This document shows positions 48,678-58,375 of a stretch of 64,000 nt of DNA, in pieces (the stretch's first letter is position 1; every line of letters begins with the position of its first letter). The position numbers were made by a program, and so were the translations under genes. The notes under the pieces are model-generated. The model worked only from the letters and a program-made list of their open reading frames with translations, was not told the origin of the DNA and did no database searches. The DNA comes from Salinivirgaceae bacterium (GTDB taxonomy: Bacteria; Bacteroidota; Bacteroidia; Bacteroidales; SZUA-534). The stretch lies in the NCBI GenBank assembly GCA_024405635.1, contig JAKSOL010000006.1:1-64000 (forward strand), in the 5' to 3' direction.

Positions 48678-50938
48678 TATTCTTTGTCACTTTTTATTGT
48701 ATTGCACTTTCTGCAAAGTAATTGTAGGTTTTCTGGAACCGACTTACCTCCGTTGTTCATAGCCTTTATGTGATCAACTTGGAACACGCTTTTAACGCGA
48801 GATGTTCTTCCGCAAATTGCGCACTTGTATTGGCCATTTGGCTGTTTGGCTGCAAAGTACACACCTTCTCTCAATCGTTTTGCGTACATTGGATCTACTT
48901 CCTCAATTTGCTTAAGAGGAAGTTCGTCAAGATTGCGCTTTCCGTATTTTACATTGTTGTCCAATTGGTCGTAAATGTCGGGACGGCGAATTTTAAGTAT
49001 CTCAACATCAACTTGTTTTAGGAAATAAGCCTTGCGTCCAAAGAACAATTTTATAATTTCTTCATCTTGGCTATCCCAAAGATTATCAAGATATTCGTCT
49101 TGTGCCCTTGCGCCCATATCTTGGTCGTAGATGTGTTGGGCTATTTTCTTTATGTCGAGGCGACTTCTGTCAACTTGCTCAAACTTGTAGAATTTAGGCG
49201 CATTGTCCTTTTGGCAGAAGTATCTGATAATGTTAATGACATCTGACCTACGATATGGTGGAATCATGTAGTTATTGAAGTAGCTCTCGAAGCATCTTGC
49301 CTCCAATTCGTCAAGTATTTCATCGGTAGGATGCTCGACATCGGTAAGGTCGTATTCTTCAAGAAGATAAGGCATATCGTTCAGCATTGTGGCGTATGCT
49401 TCCATTGAGTTGTCGTAAACAATTACTTGACACTGCACATCGCCCTCGTTTTCTGTGGTGTATTGGAATACGTACATTCCCACAGGAATTCTCTGCATAA
49501 AGTCAACCTTTTCCAATTCTGAGGTATCAACCTGACTGTCAAGTATCTTGGCAAACTCCTCGATTTTTGAAATTGCAATTGAACGAATGTTCTTAGTAAG
49601 ATTATTGTATTCTGTTTCTCTGAATTCGTTGTCACCATTGAATATAGTTTCAGGGTTAACCCACATAATGTTTTCGTTCCAATCGTCAACAAACGATACA
49701 ATGTAAGCCTCTTCAGTACCACCAGCAGCAGGACCTCTTAGTGCGCGGCCTATCATTTGGGTCATTAAGATTGTGGAAGTTGTGGGGCGAGCCAAGAATA
49801 CGGTTTTGGTTTGAGGAAGATCGACACCCTCGGTAAGTATATTTACGTTTACCAACACTTTCAGCGTTCCGTCTTGATATTCCTTTATCTTACGTTCGTT
49901 TTCTTCTTTTGAAATTGATGCTCCTGTTGCTGAATCTTTTATCGATGATACAACATAATCGGCAATTCGTCCATTTTCGTTAAAAAGCTTGCAGAGCGAT
50001 ATTGCGTGTATTATGTTGGTTGCAAAAACGATTGTTGGTCCGTATAGTTCAGCATCTTCAAAATATTTGTTAACGATAAACCTATTACGGTTTGCATTCC
50101 CGGCCATTTTATCTGCTATGCTGTCTGGAAGAACATCTAGTTGCATAATGTTGTTTATCTCGTCGAGACTGAGGTCGGTAAATTTTTCTTCGGTATAAAA
50201 TATTTTCTGAATTGGTTTCGATAGTATTCGTCGGTTAATCAAATCTTGTAGGCTTACCGAGTACGCAATTCCAAGTTCGTTGTTAACTGCTATTCCGTCG
50301 CTGTTTACGCCGTCGGTAAAAATCTTGGCAAGCAAACCCTGCTCGCTTTCCGATGTTCGGGTTGGTGTGGCTGTAAGACCAAGTATTTTAACATCCTCAA
50401 CCTTTTCCCTAACGTATTGTATTACTCGGCGATACGTTTTGGCGGTTGAGTGATGCGCCTCGTCAACAACAAGAAACAATCGGCTCTCGTTTTCAAGCCA
50501 AACATCAAGGCGGTCAAGATTGCGGCCTATGCTATCTTTGCTTATTACCAACAAATTGTCGGTAGGTTCAATGTGGATTGTTTTGTCGTGGTGTGGTGCT
50601 CCTGAAACAACACGATAAGTGAAGTTTGGCACGCTTGGAAGGTTTTCGAGATAGGCAAACTTACGGAACGATTCCAGTGCTTGGTCCAAAAGCATGGTTC
50701 GGTGGGCAAGCCAGAGCACCTTAATTTTCTTGTCAATAGCATTTTTGAGCAACCAAGTTGACGCTGTGTAGGTTTTACCTCCTCCAGTTGGCAGAACAAC
50801 AAGTGTGCTGTATTTGTTGTTTTTGTTTATCACACCAAGGTTTCTGAATGCTTCAACCTGATGTTGATATGGAGTACGCGGATTAGATGATTCTATGCGA
50901 CTGATAACTCCAAATGATGTTGTTTCAACAGTTTGCAT
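48677..50938 (-). CDS. SF2 (ResIII-like DEAH) helicase with C-terminal HNH endonuclease
   Basis: LPTGGGKT, DEAHH, TATP, TEGVDLP, QMIGRALR; CAIC...DHI...GG...NLQLLCRKCN. Confidence 0.9.
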   Translation of the reverse strand: MQTVETTSFGVISRIESSNPRTPYQHQVEAFRNLGVINKNNKYSTLVVLPTGGGKTYTASTWLLKNAIDKKIKVLWLAHRTMLLDQALESFRKFAYLENLPSVPNFTYRVVSGAPHHDKTIHIEPTDNLLVISKDSIGRNLDRLDVWLENESRLFLVVDEAHHSTAKTYRRVIQYVREKVEDVKILGLTATPTRTSESEQGLLAKIFTDGVNSDGIAVNNELGIAYSVSLQDLINRRILSKPIQKIFYTEEKFTDLSLDEINNIMQLDVLPDSIADKMAGNANRNRFIVNKYFEDAELYGPTIVFATNIIHAISLCKLFNENGRIADYVVSSIKDSATGASISKEENERKIKEYQDGTLKVLVNVNILTEGVDLPQTKTVFLARPTTSTILMTQMIGRALRGPAAGGTEEAYIVSFVDDWNENIMWVNPETIFNGDNEFRETEYNNLTKNIRSIAISKIEEFAKILDSQVDTSELEKVDFMQRIPVGMYVFQYTTENEGDVQCQVIVYDNSMEAYATMLNDMPYLLEEYDLTDVEHPTDEILDELEARCFESYFNNYMIPPYRRSDVINIIRYFCQKDNAPKFYKFEQVDRSRLDIKKIAQHIYDQDMGARAQDEYLDNLWDSQDEEIIKLFFGRKAYFLKQVDVEILKIRRPDIYDQLDNNVKYGKRNLDELPLKQIEEVDPMYAKRLREGVYFAAKQPNGQYKCAICGRTSRVKSVFQVDHIKAMNNGGKSVPENLQLLCRKCNTIKSDKE

Positions 50939-51004
50939 TTTAATAAATGTTTAGAGGTTTAATTAAATTTTAAGCAAACTATCAATCACATACGGACAAA
51001 AAGA

Positions 51005-51194
51005 GAGGCGCGAACCGTTCTACTCACATTCACGAGGAGCCTCGGATGAACCTCGCTTACCAGTATAGAAAGTTCACGCCTATCGGCGGTTCTGTCATAC
51101 TGGTAATAGGTCAGCGTAAGCTTCCCGTGAATTTGCTTTTATCCGATTATTCTAAACAATCAGTTTCCGAGGCTTTTTGTTTGAATGTGAATAA
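51005..51194 (-). ncRNA. Candidate structured leader RNA with pseudoknot
   Basis: Four complementary segment pairs, one crossing the others (see findings); strand inferred from the downstream operon. Confidence 0.55.
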
Positions 51195-51229
51195 TAGCTA
51201 ATGCGTTGTTATGTAATATGTTATATTTC

Positions 51230-51256
51230 TTTTAAAAGTTCTCTTTTCTGTTTTTT
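51230..51256. repeat. 27-bp direct repeat, copy 1
   Basis: ttttaaaagttctcttttctgtttttt. Confidence 0.85.
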
Positions 51257-51361
51257 AACTAATTTATTTCTGTTTATAGTAAATTTATAACAAATACTTC
51301 AAAATCTAAACTTTCAATGCCTTTTTATGTCACCAACACCATGCGTTTTCATTTGTTGGTG

Positions 51362-51490
51362 AAACACATCCTGTCTCACAAGAAAATCCTCTAAAGTCTT
51401 TTTGTCTGGGATTTGCAACATGTACGTTGACACAAAAAGTTTGTTGTCCATACCTGCCAATGCATATTCCACCATCTTCTTGCTTTTGTG
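51362..51490 (-). pseudogene. C-terminal remnant of a DUF1016/YhcG-family PD-(D/E)xK protein
   Basis: KKMVEYALAGMDNKLFVSTYMLQIPDKKTLEDFL. Confidence 0.7.
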
Positions 51491-51679
51491 GCATTTATAT
51501 TGTTATTGCCATAATATCTCTATTTTTCAAACTTTACGAGATTACAAACCTATAGTTTTTCTACCATTCCACCATCATTGAATGTGGTTTGTATCAGAGA
51601 GAAAATGTAAGTTTCCGACGCTTCATTTTTTTTGACGACCACAATGATAGTCTGATGCTGCTATGTTTTTTATATGTTA

Positions 51680-51706
51680 TTTTAAAAGTTCTCTTTTCTG
51701 TTTTTT
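51680..51706. repeat. 27-bp direct repeat, copy 2
   Basis: Identical to 51230-51256, 450 bp away. Confidence 0.85.
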
Positions 51707-51769
51707 TAATCGTTAATCATCAATATAATCGATCATCTCTTTCTCAAGTTTACTACCAATTTGTAGCGT

Positions 51770-52042
51770 TTATTCCCCAGCTATATAAACAACCGAATCC
51801 TCCGCCACTGTATGTTGGCACAGATTTGCTTGGGAAAACATGCCCTCAAAGCTAAGATCTTCGTCTAACAGAGGCCAATGAATGCCCGAATAGGAAAGAA
51901 TGAAATTTTCTCGTTGAGACTGTGTGGCATTGCTTAAAGTTGGCCATTGAGAAAACAGATAACTAGCCACCTTGCCATCTTTTGTTTCTGCATACACCGC
52001 GCTATCATCCACCCAAACTCTCTTTATTGTCATCATAGGCAT
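51770..52042 (-). CDS. DUF2442 family protein (putative antitoxin)
   Basis: L.NAT.SQRENF.LS..GIHWP.LDEDLSFEG. Confidence 0.88.
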   Translation of the reverse strand: MPMMTIKRVWVDDSAVYAETKDGKVASYLFSQWPTLSNATQSQRENFILSYSGIHWPLLDEDLSFEGMFSQANLCQHTVAEDSVVYIAGE

Positions 52043-52275
52043 TACTTTTTAAAATAATTTTTCCACCTATCAATAATAACATCTCTATTTTCTTCAATAA
52101 CAGATTCTATCAGTTTCAACTCATGAATCTTAAACCCATGATTATATATCTGTTCAATTTTTTCAACATTGTATTTTGCCTCTTGATTATCCTTAATCAC
52201 ATGCACATGAATAGGCTCATGATCATCAGAATAAAACATAAATCGAAAACCGAAAAAAATAAAAAGTGTAGGCAT
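52042..52275 (-). CDS. DUF4160 family protein (putative toxin)
   Basis: MPT....GFRFMFYSDDHEPIHVHV; TAACTTTG box at 52302-52309. Confidence 0.88.
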   Translation of the reverse strand: MPTLFIFFGFRFMFYSDDHEPIHVHVIKDNQEAKYNVEKIEQIYNHGFKIHELKLIESVIEENRDVIIDRWKNYFKK

Positions 52276-52460
52276 GTTTGTTTAAAATATAAAACTTTTC
52301 TCAAAGTTAACTTTTTTCTCATCAAACAATAAAATGATTGCACGCAAACAATGTAAACAAAACCTTATTTATGCTTAACTGATTTGATAGTCAAATAGTC
52401 TATAGTTCAATACTTTACTTTAGAGTAGAGGAGTGCGTAGCATTTTAAACCACACCCCAC

Positions 52461-52495
52461 AAAAAAAGGAGCTAGCGAATGCTAACTCCCTTTTT
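52461..52495 (-). terminator. Terminator after adk
   Basis: A-tract ggagctagc..gctaactcc T-tract. Confidence 0.75.
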
Positions 52496-52519
52496 ATTTG
52501 TTTGTATGACAGTACTTTA

Positions 52520-53095
52520 TTACAAAGCAGAGTCAATTGCCTTTGAAATGCGGCCAAACACCTCGTCAAGTGTACCAACTCCTTCAACCGAAACGTATTT
52601 GTTTTGTTTAGCGTAGAAGTCGATAACTGGCTGAGTTTGTTGTTTGTAAACAGCAATACGGTTGTTTACAATGTCAATGTTTTGGTCGTCGGCACGGCCC
52701 GATACTTTGCCACGTTCCATAATGCGAACGCGTAGTTCGTCATCGTTTACGTCAAGGGCAAGCATCATTGTAACCGATTCGCCAATTTCGCTCAACATTT
52801 GGTCAAGCCATGCGGCTTGGTCAGTTGTGCGAGGAAAACCATCGAAAATGAAACCTTTGGCATCGCGGTTTTTAACCACGTTGTTTTTTACCATTTCTTG
52901 TACCAATTCGTTTGGAACAAGGTTTCCTGCGTCAATAATGTCTTTAATCTTTTTGCCAAGTTCAGAACCTGAGTTCTTTTCAGCACGAAGCAAATCGCCT
53001 GTTGAAAGGTGTTTAAAACCATACTTTGCAATAATGTTTTCTGATTGAGTGCCCTTACCTGATCCTGGAGGGCCAAAAATTACAAGGTTGAACAT
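52520..53095 (-). CDS. adk: Adenylate kinase
   Basis: GPPGSGKGTQ, STGDLLR, DGFPRT. Confidence 0.97.
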   Translation of the reverse strand: MFNLVIFGPPGSGKGTQSENIIAKYGFKHLSTGDLLRAEKNSGSELGKKIKDIIDAGNLVPNELVQEMVKNNVVKNRDAKGFIFDGFPRTTDQAAWLDQMLSEIGESVTMMLALDVNDDELRVRIMERGKVSGRADDQNIDIVNNRIAVYKQQTQPVIDFYAKQNKYVSVEGVGTLDEVFGRISKAIDSAL

Positions 53096-53097
53096 AT

Positions 53098-53637
53098 TTA
53101 TTTAATAATTGTGTAAATGTCTTTTAAGTTGCGACCATAGCCGTCGTAATCGAGTCCGTAGCCTACTATAAAGTCGTTTGGAATTTTAAAACCGTAGTAG
53201 TCTATTGTAACATCTTCGCTGTAAACTGTTGGCTTAAACATTAGTGTGGCAATTTTAATGTTTGCCGGATTTTGTTGTTTAAGTTGGTTGGCTATCATTT
53301 TAATTGTTCGGCCAGTGTCAACAATGTCTTCAATAACTATAACGTTCTTTCCTTCAAGGCTTTCGCTTATGCCAATAAGTTGTTTAACCTCGCCAGTTGA
53401 ACTTGTTCCTTGGTACGATGATACTTTAATGAAACTGATTTTACTAACTAGGTTTATGGACTTTAGCAAGTCGGCTGCAAACATAAAACTGCCGTTAAGA
53501 ATGCCTATAAATACCACTTCTTGACCTTTAAAGTCGCTGTTTATTTGCTCAGCAACTTCGGCAACACGTTTTTGAATCTCGCTGCTTGTTAGCGATACTC
53601 CAAAGCGTTTTCCGTTAACGGTTATTTCGTTTTTCAT
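53098..53637 (-). CDS. hpt: Hypoxanthine phosphoribosyltransferase
   Basis: VIEDIVDTGRT, FIVGYGLDY. Confidence 0.96.
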   Translation of the reverse strand: MKNEITVNGKRFGVSLTSSEIQKRVAEVAEQINSDFKGQEVVFIGILNGSFMFAADLLKSINLVSKISFIKVSSYQGTSSTGEVKQLIGISESLEGKNVIVIEDIVDTGRTIKMIANQLKQQNPANIKIATLMFKPTVYSEDVTIDYYGFKIPNDFIVGYGLDYDGYGRNLKDIYTIIK

Positions 53638-53861
53638 GTTTTGTTGTTTTGTGGCGAAAGTAGGTAAAATACTATTGTTGTTTGTGTCTAAATATCAACA
53701 CTTTGAAAACAGTTTTTCAGTCTCTTAAGCATCTTTTTTATGTCAAATGTTGTGCCAAAGTTTATAGGTGACGTGTTTTTTAAACTTCTATACGTGTTTT
53801 GCGTATGCATCGGGTTACAAATTGCAGTTCAATGTATTTACTGGCAATGGTTTGGGAAAAA

Positions 53862-53900
53862 CAAAAATCCCCGTCAGCGCATTGGTTGACAGGGATTTTG
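53862..53900 (-). terminator. Terminator after valS
   Basis: caaaaatccccgtca...tgacagggattttg. Confidence 0.7.
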
Positions 53901-53920
53901 AATTGTATTGTAAGTCGATT

Positions 53921-56635
53921 TTATTTGCTCAAAGCGGCAATTTGGTCGGCAATAGCCTTCAATTTTGCCTCAGCATCGGCTTGTTTTTTGCGTTCGTTGT
54001 TTACAACAGCTTCAGGTGCTCCGCTTACAAATTTCTCGTTCGATAGTTTTTTCAATACCGAAGCAAGAAATTGTTCGTAATACTCTTTGTCTTTTGCAAG
54101 TTTAGCAAGTTCGGCTTCAACATCAACGTTGCTAGTGTTTAATGGAATGTAGAATTCGCTTGTCTTAACCATAAACACAGCAGCGGTAGCATCTTTTTCT
54201 TTTGCAGGTTCAATGCTATCGATGTTTGCCATTTTGCAAACCACACTGTTAAATGTAGCGTTGTAACCTTTGTCGGCCGCGTTTACTTTAAGCGACAAAG
54301 TTTCTTTCATGGCAATGTTTTTCGATTTACGAACGTTGCGAATTTCAGTAATTAGTTGTTCGGCATCTTCAAATGCAGTTAGGTAATCGGCATCGAATTT
54401 GCCAGCAACTGGCCACGACGAAACAACCAAACTATCTTCAACCTTGCGGTCGGTAATGGTTTGCCAAATTTCTTCGGTAATAAATGGCATAAATGGATGC
54501 AACAACTTGAGTAGTTTTTCAAAAATCTCAATAGCTGCGTCGTAAGTTGTTTTGTCGCAAGCAGTTTGGTAAGATGGTTTAATAATCTCAAGGAACCACG
54601 ATGAAAAATCGTCCCAAACAAGGCGATAAACAGTCATAAGAGCCTCTGACAAGCGGAACTTGTCAAAGTGGTCGTTAAGTTGTTCAATGGTTGCGCTCAA
54701 TTTTTGGTTAAACCATTCAATTGCTATGCGCGACGATTCTGGTTGTGCCAATTTGTCGTCAACGTCCCAGTTATAAATCAAACGGAAGGCGTTCCAAAGT
54801 TTGCTAGCAAAGTTGCGGCCTTGCTCGCAAAGGCTTTCGTCAAACAAGATATCGTTTCCTGCTGGAGCCGATAGCATCATACCCATACGAACACCGTCAG
54901 CGCCAAAGTCGGCAATCAATTTTAGTGGGTCAGGCGAGTTTCCAAGCGATTTGCTCATTTTGCGACCAAGTTTATCGCGAACAATACCAGTAAAGTAAAC
55001 GTTTCTGAATGGTATTTGTTTTTGATATTCGCAACCAGCCATAATCATTCGAGCTACCCAGAAGAAAATAATATCGGGACCAGTTACAAGGTCTGATGTA
55101 GGGTAGTAGTAGCTAATTTCTTTGTTACCTGGGTTGTTAATTCCATCAAATAGCGAAACTGGCCACAACCACGACGAGAACCAAGTATCAAGAGCATCTT
55201 CGTCGCGATGAAGTTGGTCGGCTGTAATGTTTTCGCCATACTTAGCTTTTGCTTTTGCTAGTGCATCTTCTTCAGTAAGTGCAACAACAAAGCACTCTTC
55301 GTCACCTTCGGCACCGTCGATAAAGTAAGCTGGTATGCGATGTCCCCACCAAAGTTGACGAGAGATACACCAGTCTTGAATATTCTCAAGCCAGTTTTTG
55401 TATGTTGTTACATACTTATTAGGATAGAATTTTAACTCGCCTGAAAGTACTGGAGGAAGAGCAATGTCGGCCATGTGTTGCATTGCAAGGAACCATTGTT
55501 TGCAAAGACGAGGTTCAACGGCCGTGTCTTGGTTACGTTCAGAATAGCCAACCTTGTTGTCGTAATCTTCAATGTGGTCCATAAGGCCAGCAGTTTGAAG
55601 GTCAACTGCAATTTGTTTACGAACATCCATACGGTCTTGGCCTACGTACATGCCTGCAGCCTCTGAAATTGTTCCGTCTGGGTTAAAGATGTCGATAGTC
55701 TCAAGATTGTGAGTTTTACCTAAGTTGTAGTCGTTTACGTCGTGGGCTGGAGTTACCTTTAAGCAGCCTGTACCAAATTCAATATCAACGTAACGGTCTT
55801 CAATAACAGGAATAACACGACCTACTAATGGAACGATTACTTTGTGCCCGCGCAACCAGTGATTTTTAGGGTCTTTAGGGTTGATACACATAGCTGTATC
55901 GCCCATAATTGTTTCGGGACGAGTTGTAGCAACAACTGCAAAATAGCCTTTTTCGTCTTTGTGGAAAACTTCGCCCTCTTCGTCAGTAAGAACAACTGGG
56001 TTTGTTTCGGCATCGGCAACGTAATATTTCAAGTGATAGAGCTTTGATTTCTCTTCACGATAAATAACCTCTTCGGTTGAAAGTACGGTTTGTGCTTTTG
56101 GGTCCCAGTTTACCATGCGCAGACCGCGATAGATGTAACCTTTTTCGTAAAGGTCAACAAATACCTTAAGCACAGATTCGGAGCGAATGTCGTCCATTGT
56201 GAAAGCTGTACGATCCCAGTCGCATGAAGCACCAAGTTTTCGAAGTTGTTTCAAAATGATGCCACCATGCTCGTTGGTCCAATCCCAAGCGTGTTTCAGG
56301 AACTCTTCGCGAGTAAGGTCGGTTTTCTTAATACCTTGTTGTGCAAGTTTGTTTACAACCTTTGCCTCAGTTGCAATTGAAGCGTGGTCGGTTCCGGGTA
56401 CCCAACACGCATTTTTGCCATCAAGGCGTGCCTTACGTATAAGGATATCTTGAATTGTATTGTTAAGCATGTGACCCATGTGTAGCACACCAGTAACATT
56501 TGGTGGGGGAATAACCACTGTGTATGGTTTACGGCTATCGGGTTCGGAGTGGAAAAATTTGTTGTCCAACCAAAATTGATACCACTTTTCTTCAGCGGCG
56601 GTTGGGTTGTACTTTGCTTCTAACTCTTTTTTCAT
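53921..56635 (-). CDS. valS: Valine--tRNA ligase
   Basis: PPPNVTGVLHMGH, WCISRQLWWGH, KMSKS. Confidence 0.97.
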   Translation of the reverse strand: MKKELEAKYNPTAAEEKWYQFWLDNKFFHSEPDSRKPYTVVIPPPNVTGVLHMGHMLNNTIQDILIRKARLDGKNACWVPGTDHASIATEAKVVNKLAQQGIKKTDLTREEFLKHAWDWTNEHGGIILKQLRKLGASCDWDRTAFTMDDIRSESVLKVFVDLYEKGYIYRGLRMVNWDPKAQTVLSTEEVIYREEKSKLYHLKYYVADAETNPVVLTDEEGEVFHKDEKGYFAVVATTRPETIMGDTAMCINPKDPKNHWLRGHKVIVPLVGRVIPVIEDRYVDIEFGTGCLKVTPAHDVNDYNLGKTHNLETIDIFNPDGTISEAAGMYVGQDRMDVRKQIAVDLQTAGLMDHIEDYDNKVGYSERNQDTAVEPRLCKQWFLAMQHMADIALPPVLSGELKFYPNKYVTTYKNWLENIQDWCISRQLWWGHRIPAYFIDGAEGDEECFVVALTEEDALAKAKAKYGENITADQLHRDEDALDTWFSSWLWPVSLFDGINNPGNKEISYYYPTSDLVTGPDIIFFWVARMIMAGCEYQKQIPFRNVYFTGIVRDKLGRKMSKSLGNSPDPLKLIADFGADGVRMGMMLSAPAGNDILFDESLCEQGRNFASKLWNAFRLIYNWDVDDKLAQPESSRIAIEWFNQKLSATIEQLNDHFDKFRLSEALMTVYRLVWDDFSSWFLEIIKPSYQTACDKTTYDAAIEIFEKLLKLLHPFMPFITEEIWQTITDRKVEDSLVVSSWPVAGKFDADYLTAFEDAEQLITEIRNVRKSKNIAMKETLSLKVNAADKGYNATFNSVVCKMANIDSIEPAKEKDATAAVFMVKTSEFYIPLNTSNVDVEAELAKLAKDKEYYEQFLASVLKKLSNEKFVSGAPEAVVNNERKKQADAEAKLKAIADQIAALSK

Positions 56636-56763
56636 TCTAGAATATTTTTGAGAGTTGCAAAGGTAGAAAAATCAATTTGGAATTATTCGTTTGTGCATTT
56701 ATAAACACAAAAAAGGGTAGAACAATTGTGCCTACCCATAGATTTTTATGCTTAAAACAAGAT

Positions 56764-57651
56764 TTACTTAATTCGGTCTTTAGTGTAGTTGATTTTTACG
56801 CCTCTATCTTCAACTACTAAATTTAAGTTGCTAATAACCGATTTAGGTTCATATTGTCCGTTCATAATGCCAAGACAAATTTCGCCCACGTCTTTCACTC
56901 GTTTTGGTGTTTCGATGTTGTCGCCATCATTATGTCCAGGGAAAAGATGTGTAATGCCGTATCTTTCAATTAGCAAATTCATGCGGTGGCACGTTGCAAT
57001 TTCAGTTGATAGATTAGTGAATACAAGCAAATTGGTAGAACCAAAGGCATCGGCACTGAACCCATATTTTGCTTCGCGGTCAATAAACGAAGTTGAGCCG
57101 GGTGTATGTCCTGGGGTAAATACAATGTCGATATTACGGTTGCCAAGTTTAATTTCTTCGCCATCGTTCATAAAGTGGATTTTGCCTTTGTACGATTCTG
57201 CAAATTTTGGAAACATAGCCAAGTCGGCTGAGTTTATCCAAAGTTCGTCCCATTCGTTTATAGCCGAACCTGCGTGGTCGCTATGCAAATGACTCAAGTA
57301 TAGTTTAACGGGCTTGTTGTGAACCAATTCTTCAGCAATTTTTCTCAAACCTGGCATTCTAACACCTGCGTCAATCAGCATTGCACAATTGTTACCTTCA
57401 ATAAGATAAACCGACTCGTTGAAACAAAGATTTCCAAATCCATGCCAAGTGTGTTGGTCGATGCTTTGAATGGTTATGTTTTCGTTTTCTAACACTCGGT
57501 TTAAAGAAATTGACTTTTGTTGCTCAATGCTTTGAGTGGTTGTGTCTTCTTTGCTATTGACGTTTGAATCAACTGTTTTTGTGTGGCTTTTTGTGCATGA
57601 TGTAGCAATCAATAAAAGAGCTGTGGTTACTGATAGAAGGGTATTTTTCAT
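56764..57651 (-). CDS. MBL-fold metallo-hydrolase lipoprotein
   Basis: Lipobox ATSC; SHLHSDH, PGHTPGS, PGH. Confidence 0.88.
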   Translation of the reverse strand: MKNTLLSVTTALLLIATSCTKSHTKTVDSNVNSKEDTTTQSIEQQKSISLNRVLENENITIQSIDQHTWHGFGNLCFNESVYLIEGNNCAMLIDAGVRMPGLRKIAEELVHNKPVKLYLSHLHSDHAGSAINEWDELWINSADLAMFPKFAESYKGKIHFMNDGEEIKLGNRNIDIVFTPGHTPGSTSFIDREAKYGFSADAFGSTNLLVFTNLSTEIATCHRMNLLIERYGITHLFPGHNDGDNIETPKRVKDVGEICLGIMNGQYEPKSVISNLNLVVEDRGVKINYTKDRIK

Positions 57652-57710
57652 TGGTTATGTTTTTTAGTTTGATAAAGGTAATAATTCTGTGTTAGAATAT
57701 TTGGTGGTAT

Positions 57711-57745
57711 AAAAAAAGCGTTGCTCAACAAATGGGCAACGCTTT
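57711..57745 (-). terminator. Terminator after the rnf operon
   Basis: aaagcgttgctca...tgggcaacgcttt. Confidence 0.8.
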
Positions 57746-57786
57746 AGTTTATTGTTAAAAACAAGAGATAAACTCTTGCTTTTTAA

Positions 57787-58362
57787 TTATTTAACCAATC
57801 CTGAGAATCCCATAAAGGCCATGGCTAAAATGCCTGCAGTTACAAGCGAAATAGGAAAACCTTGCATAGATTTTGGAGTGTCGCTAAGGTTAATTTGTTC
57901 GCGTATGCCAGCAAACAATACCAAAGCAAAGCCAAAACCAACTGCATTTGAAATGGCAAACACAACGCTTTGAAGCAAGTTGTAGTCTTTTTGAATAACC
58001 AACAAAGCAACGCCCAAGATGCAGCAGTTGGTGGTTATAAGAGGCAAGAATACACCCAAAGCTTGATATAACGATGGCGACACTTTTTTTAGCACAATCT
58101 CAACCATTTGCACCAAAGCAGCAATAATCAAAATAAATGTAATGGTGCGTAGGTAATCGATGTGGAGTGGGGCAAGTACGTAAGTTTGAACCAAGTAAGT
58201 TACAATGGTTGCAATGGTTAGCACAAATGCAACAGCACCCGACATGCCAAGTGCAGTGTCAACCTTTTTTGATACTCCCAAAAATGGGCAGATTCCAAGG
58301 AATTGCGACAGTACGATGTTATTTACAAAAACTGCAGCTACAAATATCAATATGTATTCCAT
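57787..58362 (-). CDS. rnfA: Rnf complex subunit A
   Basis: FLGICPFLG, LPLITTNC. Confidence 0.95.
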   Translation of the reverse strand: MEYILIFVAAVFVNNIVLSQFLGICPFLGVSKKVDTALGMSGAVAFVLTIATIVTYLVQTYVLAPLHIDYLRTITFILIIAALVQMVEIVLKKVSPSLYQALGVFLPLITTNCCILGVALLVIQKDYNLLQSVVFAISNAVGFGFALVLFAGIREQINLSDTPKSMQGFPISLVTAGILAMAFMGFSGLVK

Positions 58363-58375
58363 AATTGTCGGAGGT

